A stretch of DNA of 64,000 nt from an uncultured Rickettsiales bacterium (GTDB taxonomy: Bacteria; Pseudomonadota; Alphaproteobacteria; Rickettsiales; CANDYO01): assembly GCA_964356785.1 (NCBI GenBank), contig CAYHIS010000003.1, positions 51,323 to 115,322 on the forward strand. Direction: 5' to 3'. Made by a program: the position numbers and the translations under genes. Under the pieces are notes generated by a model. The model searched no databases, was not told the origin of the DNA, and saw nothing but the letters and a program-made list of their open reading frames with translations. Of the stretch, positions 18,461 through 29,133 are shown one piece after another (position 1 is the stretch's first letter; each line of letters opens with the position of its first letter).

Positions 18461-18581
18461 ATATCTTATGTATGTAAATAATTTGATGCTAAGTTTATAA
18501 TATATTAGTTAATCTTATATTAAGATATTGATAAGTTTTCTTATTTATGTTATATGTTTCTTAAATGAATTGGAGAATGAT

Positions 18582-18959
18582 ATGGCATATAGTGAGAAAG
18601 TTTTAGATCATAATAGTAACCCTAGAAATGTGGGGTCTTTGTCTAAGGATAGTAAATCTGTTGGTACTGGTATAGTTGGCGCCCCAGCTTGTGGGGATGT
18701 TATGAAATTACAGATCCTTGTTGGCGATGACGGTGTAATTGAGGATGCAAAATTCAAAACTTTTGGTTGTGGATCTGCAATTGCCGCTAGTTCACTTGCC
18801 ACAGAATGGCTAAAAGGAAAAAATATTGATTCAGTTGATATAAAAAATACCGAAATTGCTAAAGAACTTTCATTACCTCCAGTGAAAATACATTGTTCTA
18901 TATTAGCAGAAGAAGCTGTAAAAGCTGCTATTGAAGATTATCATAAAAAACAACAATGA
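18582..18959 (+). CDS. iscU: Fe-S cluster assembly scaffold IscU
   Basis: 'YSEKVLDHNSNPRNVG', 'GAPACGDVMKL', 'KTFGCGSAIASS' and 'HCS'. GGAGA Shine-Dalgarno lies before the ATG at 18582; the track start at 18528 is an upstream extension. Confidence 0.93.
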   Translation: MAYSEKVLDHNSNPRNVGSLSKDSKSVGTGIVGAPACGDVMKLQILVGDDGVIEDAKFKTFGCGSAIAASSLATEWLKGKNIDSVDIKNTEIAKELSLPPVKIHCSILAEEAVKAAIEDYHKKQQ

Positions 18960-19291
18960 ATAGAGATCCAATTATAGTTACTGATAATGCCGTAGATAGA
19001 ATAAGAGGGCTACTTGCTCAAAGGTCTAAGCCATCTGCTGGTATACGTGTATTGGTAGAAACTAAGGGCTGTTCTGGCATGAAATATAAGATTGAATATG
19101 CAGATGAGATAAATAAATATGATGCAGTTGTTAGAAAGAAGGATGTTTGCGTTCTTGTTGATCCTAAAGCGATGCTATATATAGTGGGTAGCGAAATGGA
19201 TTATATGGAAGAAGAGCTTTCTTCTGGATTTACTTTTAAAAATCCAAATGAAAAAGGAAAATGCGGATGTGGAGAATCATTCCATGTTTGA
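18956..19291 (+). CDS. iscA: Fe-S cluster insertion protein (IscA/HesB family)
   Basis: 'GCSGMKY' and the C-terminal 'CGCGESF' motif. ATGA overlap with iscU. Confidence 0.92.
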   Translation: MNRDPIIVTDNAVDRIRGLLAQRSKPSAGIRVLVETKGCSGMKYKIEYADEINKYDAVVRKKDVCVLVDPKAMLYIVGSEMDYMEEELSSGFTFKNPNEKGKCGCGESFHV

Positions 19292-19733
19292 TATTGATAA
19301 CTATTTTAAATTATTCAGCCTGAAAGAAAAATTTGATATCAATAAGAAAACTTTGTACAAAAATTACATTAGGCTTCAGCAAATATTGCATCCTGATAAA
19401 TTCTCTTCAAAATCTAATGTCGAAAAAAATCTTGCAATCGAATATACATCAGAAGTAAATCAAGGTTATGAAGTATTAAGCGATGACAAAAAACGAGCGG
19501 AATATTTACTATCATTAAAAGGAATTATTATAAACCAAGAAGAAGGAAATAATATTCATCCTGACCCCGCATTATTTCATGAAATCCTTGACTTAAGTGA
19601 AGAACAAGATGAGACTTCAATCGCTAAAATGAAAGCCGGATGTATAGAAGATTTTAAAATTCTCTTTAACCAAGGAGACTATGAATCTGCTGCGCAAGCA
19701 ATTATAAAAGCACAATTTCTTAACAGACTATAG
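19284..19733 (+). CDS. hscB: Fe-S co-chaperone HscB (J-domain)
   Basis: 'NYFKLFSL...LQQILHPDKF' J-domain with the HPD motif. GGAGA lies 8 nt before the ATG at 19284. Confidence 0.85.
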   Translation: MFDIDNYFKLFSLKEKFDINKKTLYKNYIRLQQILHPDKFSSKSNVEKNLAIEYTSEVNQGYEVLSDDKKRAEYLLSLKGIIINQEEGNNIHPDPALFHEILDLSEEQDETSIAKMKAGCIEDFKILFNQGDYESAAQAIIKAQFLNRL

Positions 19734-19800
19734 CCCTAAGATATTTCCCTTGTGGAAAGGATTATTTTTGCTAAACTTTTATTTTTGATGGTTAAGACTA

Positions 19801-20298
19801 ATGAATTCCGAAGAAATAATAATATTAGGTATTGATCCAGGCCTTATAAATACTGGATGGGGAGTAATTTTATTAAAAAACAATTCTCTTTCCTACATTG
19901 CCTCAGGTACGATAATTACTAACTCAAAAGATCCAATCGAGTTCAGACTAAAAAACATATATTCAGGTATATATAAAGTGATTTCTATATATAATCCGGA
20001 AGTTTGCGCAATGGAAGATATCTTTGTAAATAAAAACAATTTAAGCTCTCTAAAACTTGGATACGCAAGAGCCGCAGCAATAGTAACAATTGGACTTGCA
20101 CAAAAAAGCTTTTTTGAATATTCTCCTAACTTGGTAAAAAAAGCTGTGGTTGGCAGAGGTAAAGCTGATAAAAATCAGGTTCAGTATATGGTAAATCAAA
20201 TTTTACCCAAAGCAAAAGTTACCAATGAGCACGCAGTTGATGCTTTAGCCGTGGCAATATGCCATGCTAATTATAAAAAATTTAATTTGATGAGGTAG
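19801..20298 (+). CDS. ruvC: Holliday-junction resolvase RuvC
   Basis: 'ILGIDPGLINTGWG', 'MEDIFVNKN' and 'HAVDALAVAICH'. Confidence 0.93.
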   Translation: MNSEEIIILGIDPGLINTGWGVILLKNNSLSYIASGTIITNSKDPIEFRLKNIYSGIYKVISIYNPEVCAMEDIFVNKNNLSSLKLGYARAAAIVTIGLAQKSFFEYSPNLVKKAVVGRGKADKNQVQYMVNQILPKAKVTNEHAVDALAVAICHANYKKFNLMR

Positions 20299-20301
20299 AC
20301 A

Positions 20302-21540
20302 TTGACTAAAATTACTAAAGTCATTGGAAGAGAAATTCTAGATAGTCGTGGAAATCCAACAATAGAGGTGGATATATTACTTGATGATGGAAGCTTTGGT
20401 AGAGCCTCAGCACCCAGTGGCGCGTCCACTGGTAGCATGGAAGCTGTAGAATTGAGAGACCTAGATCAATTAAGATTTTTAGGCAAAGGCGTTTTAAAAG
20501 CTGTAAATAACGTAAATGAAATTATTTCTAAAGAAATCATTGGTAAATCACCTTTTGAACAAGAGACAATAGATAATATTCTTATAGAATTAGATGGAAC
20601 AAATAATAAATCTAAGCTTGGCGCAAATGCAATTTTAGCCTCTTCATTAGCAGTTTCAAAGGCTGCAGCAAAATCAAAGAAAATACCCTTATTCCAATAT
20701 ATTAGACCGGAAGGATCAAGCTTAATTTTACCAAAAACATTTATGAATATTATTAATGGTGGAGCTCATGCTAGTAACAAACTAGATATCCAAGAATTTA
20801 TGATAATTCCTCATACCAATGGTATAGTTAAAGAATCAGTGCGAATAGGAGCTGAGATTTTTCACACTTTAAAACAAATATTAACATCAAAAGGATATAA
20901 TACTAGTGTTGGAGATGAAGGAGGCTTTGCTCCAGAATTTGAAAAATCCGAACAAGCTTTAGATTTTATTTTAACTGCTATTGAAAGAGCGGGATATACA
21001 GCTGGAAAAGATGTTGCATTGGCTTTAGATTGCGCGGCCTCGGAGTTTTACAAAGATGGAATCTATTTTATTGATGGTAAAAAACTTGGATCAGAAGAAC
21101 TTATTCAATATTATAAAAATCTAGTAGAGACATATCCTATTAAATCTATTGAAGACCCCATGTCTGAATATGATCTAGAGGGCTGGAAACTTATTACTAA
21201 AGAGTTAGGAAATAAAATAATGTTAGTAGGAGATGATTTATTTGTAACTAATAAAAAGATTCTTGAAGAAGGAATTAAAAATCATATGGCTAATTCTATT
21301 TTAATTAAGCCTAACCAAATAGGAACATTAAGCGAAACAATGGCAACAATTGCCACTGCTAAAGCTGCAGGTTATAAATGCATCCTATCACATAGATCCG
21401 GCGAAACTGAAGATACAAGCATTGCTCATATTGCTGTAGCTACCGGTGTTGGGTATATCAAAACTGGCTCTCTCTCTCGTAGTGATAGACTCGCAAAATA
21501 TAATGAACTTATTAGAATTGAAGAGATATTGAACAAGTGA
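20302..21540 (+). CDS. eno: enolase
   Basis: '[18 protein letters not shown]', '[10 protein letters not shown]' and '[16 protein letters not shown]'. TTG start. Confidence 0.96.
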   Translation: MTKITKVIGREILDSRGNPTIEVDILLDDGSFGRASAPSGASTGSMEAVELRDLDQLRFLGKGVLKAVNNVNEIISKEIIGKSPFEQETIDNILIELDGTNNKSKLGANAILASSLAVSKAAAKSKKIPLFQYIRPEGSSLILPKTFMNIINGGAHASNKLDIQEFMIIPHTNGIVKESVRIGAEIFHTLKQILTSKGYNTSVGDEGGFAPEFEKSEQALDFILTAIERAGYTAGKDVALALDCAASEFYKDGIYFIDGKKLGSEELIQYYKNLVETYPIKSIEDPMSEYDLEGWKLITKELGNKIMLVGDDLFVTNKKILEEGIKNHMANSILIKPNQIGTLSETMATIATAKAAGYKCILSHRSGETEDTSIAHIAVATGVGYIKTGSLSRSDRLAKYNELIRIEEILNK

Positions 21541-22073
21541 GCAACCAACAAGTAAATAGTAAAAAACTTGCTTTATCTCTTATATTTCTAATAATTGGCA
21601 TGATTATGCTAACCCTTGCTTCTGTGCCTTTATATAATCTATTTTGTAAAGTTACTGGGTATGGTGGAACCACAAGATACACAGCAACAGCATCAAATAA
21701 AATAGGAACTAAATATATCACTATCAGATTCGACGCTAACGTAGAAAGCTCTCTTCCCTGGAATTTTAAAAGCGAACAAAATGAAGTATCAGTAAAAACC
21801 GGAGAAAATAATTTAATATTCTATACAGCAGAAAATAAAACCGATCGCCCTATCATTGGAACTGCCGTATATAATGTAACCCCCCATAAGGCTGCAAAAT
21901 ATTTTAATAAAATTCAGTGCTTTTGTTTTGAAGAACAGATACTTAAGGCTAGACAAAAGATGATTATGCCAGTATCTTTTTTTATAGACCCTGATATTGA
22001 AAATGATCAGAATTTAAAAGATGTCGATACAATAACTTTATCATACACATTTTATTTAGTAGGTGAAAAATAA
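21537..22073 (+). CDS. ctaG: cytochrome c oxidase assembly protein CtaG/Cox11
   Basis: '[17 protein letters not shown]' and '[13 protein letters not shown]'. Confidence 0.93.
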   Translation: MSNQQVNSKKLALSLIFLIIGMIMLTLASVPLYNLFCKVTGYGGTTRYTATASNKIGTKYITIRFDANVESSLPWNFKSEQNEVSVKTGENNLIFYTAENKTDRPIIGTAVYNVTPHKAAKYFNKIQCFCFEEQILKARQKMIMPVSFFIDPDIENDQNLKDVDTITLSYTFYLVGEK

Positions 22074-22891
22074 TGAGCAATCAAAATCATGAATATCATT
22101 TAGTAGATCCAAGTCCATTACCAATATTTACTGCATTTTCTTTACTTATTACAGCTTTTGGTGGTGTATTGTTTATGCATGACCATATTGCTGGCAAAAT
22201 ATTGCTCCCCTTAGGATTTGTTTTAACATTGTCTTGTATGTTTTCTTGGTGGAAGGACGTAATATTCGAAGCAAGAGTTCAACATGCTCATACTAAGGTA
22301 GTAAGACAAGGACTTTCAATTGGAATGCTGTTATTTATTTTATCTGAAATAATGTTTTTTGTCGCTTTCTTTTGGTCATTTTTTCATGCAAGATTATCTC
22401 CTCATGAAATGCTCTCTACTGACCCTTGGTCCGTTGCATCGTCATCCTGGCCTCCAAAAGGAATAATAGTTTTTGATCCTTGGAATCTACCATTTATTAA
22501 TACTTTAATCCTAATGCTTTCAGGAACTACAGTAACTTGGGCTCATTATGCCATTGAAAATAATAAAAGAGCGGAATCAATAAAAGCATTAGGGATCACA
22601 ATAATTTTAGGAGTCACTTTTACTTTACTACAAGCCTACGAGTATATACATGCTAGCTTTAATATCACTGAAGGAATCTATCCAGCTAATTTCTTCCTTG
22701 CCACAGGATTTCACGGATTTCATGTAATAATAGGCACTATTTTCTTAACAGTATCTTACTTTAGAGCTAAACAAGGACATTTTGATAAAGGTAACCCAAT
22801 TCTTGGTTTTGAATTTGCTGCTTGGTATTGGCATTTTGTAGATATTGTGTGGATATTTTTATTTATCTTTGTATATGTTTTAGGCAGATAA
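22073..22891 (+). CDS. ctaE: cytochrome c oxidase subunit III
   Basis: 'HEYHLVDPSPLPI', 'GFHGFHVIIGT' and 'AAWYWHFVDIVW'. Confidence 0.95.
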   Translation: MSNQNHEYHLVDPSPLPIFTAFSLLITAFGGVLFMHDHIAGKILLPLGFVLTLSCMFSWWKDVIFEARVQHAHTKVVRQGLSIGMLLFILSEIMFFVAFFWSFFHARLSPHEMLSTDPWSVASSSWPPKGIIVFDPWNLPFINTLILMLSGTTVTWAHYAIENNKRAESIKALGITIILGVTFTLLQAYEYIHASFNITEGIYPANFFLATGFHGFHVIIGTIFLTVSYFRAKQGHFDKGNPILGFEFAAWYWHFVDIVWIFLFIFVYVLGR

Positions 22892-23466
22892 TGAATAAAT
22901 TAAAAATTTTAGTCTTTACTGGAAGCATAAGAAAGGAATCTATAAATCAAAGATTAGCTTATTATATTTCTAAAGAGCTAAGAAAACTAGAAGTGGATGT
23001 AAATCATCTTGATATAAGGAATTTTCCTCTTCCATTATACAACCCCGATTATTTACCTGAAGAATTTCCAGAGAATGCTAAAAAACTAGCTATAATTATG
23101 CAAGAGCATAATATATGGATTATTGTAACCCCAGAATATAATTATTCTATTCCCTCTACTCTTAAAAATTTAATAGATTTTGTTTCTAGATCTCCAAATA
23201 ACCAACCTAATAGAGGGCTCTTTCCAGAAAAAATAATTGGAATAGCCTCAGCTTCTCCTTCAATGCTTGGAGGAGCAAAAGCTGCAAAGCAGCTGAGAGA
23301 GACATTAACCACATTAGGTAGTATCGTCATTCCTTCTCAAGCTAATATTGCGAATGCATATTCAGCTTTTGACCTGGAAGGAAACTTAAATAATGAATTA
23401 GATAAGAAGGCGGTGAACGCTGTATTAAAACAACTTATAAATATAGGAAGTAAACTCTCTAATTAG
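22891..23466 (+). CDS. NADPH-dependent FMN reductase family protein
   Basis: 'KILVFTGSIRKESINQRLA' and 'IVTPEYNYSIPSTLKNLIDF'. The ATG at 22891 overlaps the ctaE stop; the track start at 22822 is an extension inside ctaE. Confidence 0.8.
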   Translation: MNKLKILVFTGSIRKESINQRLAYYISKELRKLEVDVNHLDIRNFPLPLYNPDYLPEEFPENAKKLAIIMQEHNIWIIVTPEYNYSIPSTLKNLIDFVSRSPNNQPNRGLFPEKIIGIASASPSMLGGAKAAKQLRETLTTLGSIVIPSQANIANAYSAFDLEGNLNNELDKKAVNAVLKQLINIGSKLSN

Positions 23467-23536
23467 ATTCCTTGCTTCTTCAAATGAATTACAATAATAT
23501 AGATCTATTAATTTTTAGTTAGATAAAAAAACACTT

Positions 23537-25696
23537 GTGCTCAGGAAATTATTCAGAAAATCAAAAATCGGCCCTTTTAATAATTATATTATTGGATTGC
23601 TTGTTTTAACATTGGCAAGTGTAGCCATTACCTATAATGAAATTACAAACACTCAATTATTAGAAACAGAAAGTCCGCAAAAAATTATTATCTTAATTAT
23701 CTTTGATTTAATTTTATTCTTAGTTCTTGCCGTATTACTTTCAAGAAAAATATTCCGTCTTTGGCATAAAGGAAGCTATCAATCAGGAAGAATACAAAAT
23801 AAAATAATCTTGACATTCTCCTTAGTTGCCGCAGTCCCAACGATTATTGTAACGGTTTTTTCTACAATATTTTTTAATTTTAGTATTCATTCTTGGTTTG
23901 ATCATAGAGTTGGCACAGCGATTAATGAATCCGTTGTGGTAGCGGAGTCTTATTTTAAAGTTCAATGGAAATTGATTGAGTCGGATGTAAATATAATGGC
24001 CCAAGACCTAAATTACTTAGCCCCAGATATTTCCTATGGCCCACAAAGGCTTGCAAATTATTTATCCAAACAAGCTGAAGACAAAATGCTTTTAGAAGCA
24101 GTAGTTTTTCAAACTGAACCCAAAACAAAAATAGCTCAAAGCAGATATAATTTTAGCGATCCATTCGAAACCATTTCAGAACATGCAGTTAACGAAGCAA
24201 ATCATGGTAATATTGTAGTAATTCAAGGAGATGATGATAACAAAGTTCGAGCGCTGATTAAATTAAATTTTATACCAAACTGCTATCTTTTAGTGGGCAG
24301 GGCTATAGACACAAAAATTCTAGACCATGTGATAAACACTAAAGGAGCAGCTAGTGAGTACGCTCGTTTAAAGGGACAAGTTTCGAATTTACAAATCAAG
24401 TTCTTAATAATATTTATTGTTGTTTCATTATTATTAGTCTTTATTGCAATATGGCTAGGAATAACCTTTTCTTCAACTCTAATAAAACCCTTAAATCATC
24501 TAGTTTCTGCTACAGAACAAATATCTGAAGGAGATTTTGATATAAACATCAGAACAAATGATAAAAATGATGAAATTTCTGTTTTATCTAGAGCTTTTAA
24601 TTCAATGGCTCAAGAGCTTAGCAGCCAGAGGCAAAAATTAATTGAGGCAGCTCTAGAGATCAAGGCTCGTCACCATTTTAGCGAGACCGTTTTATCTGGC
24701 GTTTCAGCTGGCGTTGTTGCGCTCGGCCTCAATGGACACATATCCACAATCAATCCCACAGCATTAAATATTTTATCTATTGATAGAAATGAAAAACTTA
24801 ATAACAAGAATTTTTACGAGCTCTGTCCTGAAATAGCTTCCTTACTGAATCACGCTAATGATTTTATTGGTCACGAAGTAAAAAAAGAAATTGTTATAAA
24901 TAGAAATAACAAGAGCATAATTTTAATCGTAAGAATAATGGCTGAAGAATTTTTAAATAAAACTACTGGATATATTATAACCTTCGATGATATAACTCCT
25001 TTAGTTTTAGCTCAAAGAAGTGCAGCCTGGTCTGATATTGCTAGAAAAATTGCTCATGAAATTAAAAATCCTTTAACCCCCATTCATCTCGCAGCTGAAA
25101 GATTAAGAAAAAAATACTCATCAGAAGTAGATGACCAGAAAAATTTTGATAAATATATTGAAATAATAGTAAAACACGTAAAAGATATAGGAACAATGGT
25201 TGAAGAATTTGTGCAATTCGCTCGTATGCCAGCCCCTAAATTAAGCGATGTTGATCTTTCTCAATTACTAAGAGAATCGATTTTCTCTAGAAAATGCCTT
25301 GGCAAATCTATCGAATATTCTACAAAAATAGATGAAGATAGTCATTTCTTAATTAACTGCGATGCAAGACAAATCAGTCAAGTATTACTAAATTTATTTA
25401 AAAATGCAGAAGAATCTATTGAACATAGTAATAATTCTGAATCTGGTAAAATTTTTGTTACTCTATCTAGAAAAAATAATCATGCAGAATTAGATATAAT
25501 AGATAATGGGTGCGGCTTCCCAGATGAATTATTTGATCGTTTGACAGAACCATATATCACAAGTAAATCAACTGGAACTGGTTTAGGGCTTGCAATAGTG
25601 AAAAAAATCTTAGATGATCATAACATAGATATTTCTTTTGCAAATAATTCCAATAATGGAGCAATAATTAAATTAATTTTTAATCTAATAGAGTAA
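23537..25696 (+). CDS. ntrY: sensor histidine kinase NtrY
   Basis: N-terminal TM bundle, HAMP and PAS regions, H-box 'IAHEIKNPLTPI', and N/G boxes 'NLFKNAEES' and 'DNGCGF...GTGLGLAIVKKI'. GTG start. Confidence 0.9.
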   Translation: MLRKLFRKSKIGPFNNYIIGLLVLTLASVAITYNEITNTQLLETESPQKIIILIIFDLILFLVLAVLLSRKIFRLWHKGSYQSGRIQNKIILTFSLVAAVPTIIVTVFSTIFFNFSIHSWFDHRVGTAINESVVVAESYFKVQWKLIESDVNIMAQDLNYLAPDISYGPQRLANYLSKQAEDKMLLEAVVFQTEPKTKIAQSRYNFSDPFETISEHAVNEANHGNIVVIQGDDDNKVRALIKLNFIPNCYLLVGRAIDTKILDHVINTKGAASEYARLKGQVSNLQIKFLIIFIVVSLLLVFIAIWLGITFSSTLIKPLNHLVSATEQISEGDFDINIRTNDKNDEISVLSRAFNSMAQELSSQRQKLIEAALEIKARHHFSETVLSGVSAGVVALGLNGHISTINPTALNILSIDRNEKLNNKNFYELCPEIASLLNHANDFIGHEVKKEIVINRNNKSIILIVRIMAEEFLNKTTGYIITFDDITPLVLAQRSAAWSDIARKIAHEIKNPLTPIHLAAERLRKKYSSEVDDQKNFDKYIEIIVKHVKDIGTMVEEFVQFARMPAPKLSDVDLSQLLRESIFSRKCLGKSIEYSTKIDEDSHFLINCDARQISQVLLNLFKNAEESIEHSNNSESGKIFVTLSRKNNHAELDIIDNGCGFPDELFDRLTEPYITSKSTGTGLGLAIVKKILDDHNIDISFANNSNNGAIIKLIFNLIE

Positions 25697-25862
25697 TTAT
25701 ACCAATCCTCATCTATAATTGAACGTTTAGGATTTGAGGTTTGAGTATTATACAAATAAGAAAGAAGCTACGAATATTGGTTATATTAAATGCTTTTTTA
25801 TTTTTGGAGAAGACCAAAGATCGAATTAATAAACGTTCAATTATAGGTGAGGATTGGTATAA
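25697..25862. repeat. MITE-like element with ~32-bp terminal inverted repeats, filling the ntrY-ntrX spacer
   Basis: Left end 'ttataccaatcctcatctataattgaacgttt' (25697-) is the reverse complement of the right end 'aaacgttcaattataggtgaggattggtataa' (25831-25862) with one mismatch. A third copy of the end lies at 57826-57866. Confidence 0.7.
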
Positions 25863-25863
25863 T

Positions 25864-27273
25864 ATGGTACATAGCGTTTTAATAGTAGATGACGAAGCTG
25901 ATATTCGTAATTTAATTAGCGATTGCCTGCAAGATGAAGAATATGAAACAAGAATAGCCTCTACTGATTTACAAGCTTTTTCAATGCTTGATGAAGTAGT
26001 TCCAACAGTAGTTATATTAGATATATGGCTACAAGGGAGCGAATTAGATGGGCTAGGAATTCTTGAAATAATAAAAAGGAAATACCCATATTTACCAGTA
26101 ATAATGATTAGCGGACATGGCAATATTGAAACCGCTGTTAATGCTCTAAAAATGGGAGCATATGACTATATAGAGAAGCCATTTACCGAAGACAAGCTGT
26201 TAATCATCGTTAAACGCGCATGTGAAGCTGCTAAACTACAGAAAGAAAATGCTGAACTTAGAATGTATAGCCACGAAGCTTATAAGATAGTTGGAAATTC
26301 TACCGCTATAAATATTCTAAAACAATCTATTTTAAAAATCGCCCCCACATCAAGTAGAGTTTTAATCACTGGACAACATGGTAGCGGAAAAAAACTGGTT
26401 GCAAAATTAATTCATGAGAAATCTAAGCGAAAAGATCATCCATTTATAGTATTTAACGCTGCTGGAATGTCTGAAGAGAAAGCGTATCTAGAGCTTTTTG
26501 GTGAAGAGAGTAAAAATATTTTTTCTACCCCAAGAAAAGTTGGGGTTCTAGAATTGGCTAATAATGGTACTTTATTCATTGACGAGGTAACCGATCTCCC
26601 TTTGAATATTCAAAGCAAAATATTAAACTTCTTGCAAAGCCATAGTTTTACAAGAAATGGCGGTAAAAGCGCTATAAAACTTGATGTAAGAATCGTCTCC
26701 TCTACAAGCAAAGATTTAAAAGAAGAAACTGCCAAAGGCAGATTCCGTGAAGACTTGTTTTACCGCCTAAATGTAATCCAGATTCAAGTACCATCTCTGT
26801 TCGCTCATAAAGAAGACATTCAAGTTATAAGTGAATTTTTCTTAAAATATTTCCATGATTTTGGAGGATTTCCTTTACGTCAACTTTCAGCAGATGCTGT
26901 TATAGCGCTTCAGAACTATTCTTGGCCTGGCAACATACGTCAACTTAGAAACGTTATAGAATGGGTTCTTATTATGCATAATAATAATTCAGAAAAACTT
27001 ATTACAAGCAACATGCTTCCTCCTGAGCTCATTAACACTGGAAATAATAATAGCAGTTTTGTTGAAATCAATGAAAATTATGGTAACAATACTTATGAAA
27101 TGATAGATTTACCATTAAGAGAAGCTAGAGAAATGTTTGAAAAACAATATTTATCAAAACAACTAATTCGTTTTGATCATAATATTACAAAAATGTCTAC
27201 AGCTATAGGCATGGAAAGATCAGCGCTTCATAGAAAACTTAAAACCTTAGGGGTAACCACTGATGAAGAATAA
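25864..27273 (+). CDS. ntrX: response regulator NtrX (receiver + AAA+ + HTH)
   Basis: 'VLIVDDEADI', 'VILDIWLQG', Walker A 'GQHGSGKK' and 'WPGNIRQLRN'. It lacks GAFTGA, as NtrX proteins do. The ATG at 25864 is preferred over the track start at 25741, which reads through the repeat. Confidence 0.9.
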   Translation: MVHSVLIVDDEADIRNLISDCLQDEEYETRIASTDLQAFSMLDEVVPTVVILDIWLQGSELDGLGILEIIKRKYPYLPVIMISGHGNIETAVNALKMGAYDYIEKPFTEDKLLIIVKRACEAAKLQKENAELRMYSHEAYKIVGNSTAINILKQSILKIAPTSSRVLITGQHGSGKKLVAKLIHEKSKRKDHPFIVFNAAGMSEEKAYLELFGEESKNIFSTPRKVGVLELANNGTLFIDEVTDLPLNIQSKILNFLQSHSFTRNGGKSAIKLDVRIVSSTSKDLKEETAKGRFREDLFYRLNVIQIQVPSLFAHKEDIQVISEFFLKYFHDFGGFPLRQLSADAVIALQNYSWPGNIRQLRNVIEWVLIMHNNNSEKLITSNMLPPELINTGNNNSSFVEINENYGNNTYEMIDLPLREAREMFEKQYLSKQLIRFDHNITKMSTAIGMERSALHRKLKTLGVTTDEE

Positions 27274-27910
27274 TTTTATTAGACCATCAGCTATTATATT
27301 TGACTTTGATGATACATTAATCGATGCAAGACCAGCTGTTCATAAAGCTTTAAAAGCCACGCTTAAAAAATTTGATATATCAGATAATATAATTACCGAA
27401 AAAAACATCGATACCAATAAATCTTTAAGAGACTATTTTCACCATATTTTTGCAAATAATATTATTGAAGCTAGGGATTCTTATTATGATTATTATACAG
27501 AATTCTCAAAAGACTTAAAGCAGCTAGAGATGGCTGAAGATGTTTTAAAATTCTTAAGAAAACAAGATGTTTTTACCGCTATAGTTAGTAATAAAGGTGG
27601 AAAACGCTTAAGAGATGAAATACATAATCATTTCGGTTGGCAGCATTATTTTGACGTTATAGTTGGCTCAGGTGATGCAGAAGAGGACAAGCCCTCCCCT
27701 ATTCCTGCAAGACATGCTTTAAAATCAGCAAATATAGATGATTTAAGCAACGTCTGGCTAATAGGTGATAGCTTAATAGATATACAAACCGCAAAAAATC
27801 TCGGTTGTAAAGCTGTTCTTTTTGGCTCTAACAAAATAGCTGAAGAGATCCACTTAAATGTTCTTAATCACAGAGAGTTGCTCAACATATTTAAGAGGAT
27901 ATATGTATAA
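27263..27910 (+). CDS. HAD-superfamily hydrolase (phosphoglycolate-phosphatase-like)
   Basis: 'IIFDFDDTLID' (DxDxT), 'IVSNK' and 'WLIGDSLIDIQTAKNLG'. Confidence 0.8.
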   Translation: MKNNFIRPSAIIFDFDDTLIDARPAVHKALKATLKKFDISDNIITEKNIDTNKSLRDYFHHIFANNIIEARDSYYDYYTEFSKDLKQLEMAEDVLKFLRKQDVFTAIVSNKGGKRLRDEIHNHFGWQHYFDVIVGSGDAEEDKPSPIPARHALKSANIDDLSNVWLIGDSLIDIQTAKNLGCKAVLFGSNKIAEEIHLNVLNHRELLNIFKRIYV

Positions 27911-28292
27911 AATTATATTTCTAATAATCTTTGCTTGTTTTTTTGCTAATGCAGAAGAAACCTTAAATGACGAAGATAATTTTATACATGAAAAAAACTA
28001 CTCAACAATTCAAATACTTAATAAAATCACCGCAAAAACTAAATATATTGATATCCCTGTGAAATCATCTATTGCTTACGGAACATTAAAAATCACAGTG
28101 AATTCTTGCTGGAAATCATCACCATATGATTTAGCAGAAAATAAGATTTTATTAGAGATCGATGAAAAAAAAGTTGGAGAGAGCGAATATAATTCAATTT
28201 TTAAAGGGTGGATGTTATCTAGTAGCCCTGGAATTTCTAGCCTTGAACACGCTGTTTATGACATAGTAGCAATTAATTGTTTTGATAAATAA
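27903..28292 (+). CDS. secreted DUF2155-like protein
   Basis: Signal peptide 'MYKIIFLIIFACFFANA' and 'IQILNKITAKTKYIDIPV...GTLKITVNSCWKS', which I recall as typical of alphaproteobacterial DUF2155. Confidence 0.6.
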   Translation: MYKIIFLIIFACFFANAEETLNDEDNFIHEKNYSTIQILNKITAKTKYIDIPVKSSIAYGTLKITVNSCWKSSPYDLAENKILLEIDEKKVGESEYNSIFKGWMLSSSPGISSLEHAVYDIVAINCFDK

Positions 28293-28302
28293 TTTATAAA
28301 AT

Positions 28303-29064
28303 ATGACTAAGATTAAAATTTCAAGTAAAAATCTAGATTTATATTATGGTGATAAGCAAGCCTTATTTGATATCAATATTGATATAAACACAAATAAAGT
28401 AACAGCTTTTATTGGTCCGTCAGGCTGTGGCAAATCCTCATTCTTAAGATGCATTAACCGCATGAATGATACTATCCCTAACTGCAGGGTATCTGGAAGA
28501 TTACTTATTGATGGCAGAGATATTAATGACTCATCGGTGGATGTTGTAAAACTTCGAACTCACGTAGGCATGGTATTTCAAAAACCCAATCCTTTTCCCA
28601 AGTCTATATATGATAATATTATATATGCTCCAACTATCCATGGAAAAGTAAGTACAAAAGCTGAAAAAGATAAATTGGTAGAAGAATGCTTAACAAAAGC
28701 TGGTTTATTTGATGAAGTGAAAGATAGGTTAGATAGCTTAGCTACTTCCTTATCAGGAGGGCAGCAGCAAAGACTATGCATAGCAAGAACTATTGCAATA
28801 AATCCCTCAGTTATTCTAATGGATGAACCTTGCTCCGCTCTTGATCCAATTGCTACAGCAAAAATAGAAAGATTAATAGATGAATTAAAGGCAAATTACA
28901 GTATAATTTTAGTTACTCATTCAATGCAACAGGCAGCAAGAATTTCTGAATATACTGCTTTCTTTCACCTTGGAAGAATAGAAGAGTACGGAAAAACCGA
29001 ACAAATCTTTACCAACCCACAATCGAAACAAACTCAAGATTATATCACTGGAAGATATGGATAA
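28303..29064 (+). CDS. pstB: phosphate ABC transporter ATP-binding protein
   Basis: '[19 protein letters not shown]', '[13 protein letters not shown]' and '[18 protein letters not shown]'. No pstSCA genes are adjacent. Confidence 0.93.
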   Translation: MTKIKISSKNLDLYYGDKQALFDINIDINTNKVTAFIGPSGCGKSSFLRCINRMNDTIPNCRVSGRLLIDGRDINDSSVDVVKLRTHVGMVFQKPNPFPKSIYDNIIYAPTIHGKVSTKAEKDKLVEECLTKAGLFDEVKDRLDSLATSLSGGQQQRLCIARTIAINPSVILMDEPCSALDPIATAKIERLIDELKANYSIILVTHSMQQAARISEYTAFFHLGRIEEYGKTEQIFTNPQSKQTQDYITGRYG

Positions 29065-29133
29065 TATTTTTATTGATATATAGAATTATTTGTAGCAAAA
29101 TGGCACGTAAAATAAAGTTAAATACTCAAGGCA

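Noticed and set aside
25741-25863. 41-codon N-terminal extension of ntrX given by the ORF track
   Set aside because: The extension reads entirely through the MITE-like repeat. The NtrX receiver domain begins at 'MVHSVLIVDDE', which has a GGTGAGGA Shine-Dalgarno-like sequence upstream. An in-frame repeat insertion cannot be fully excluded.
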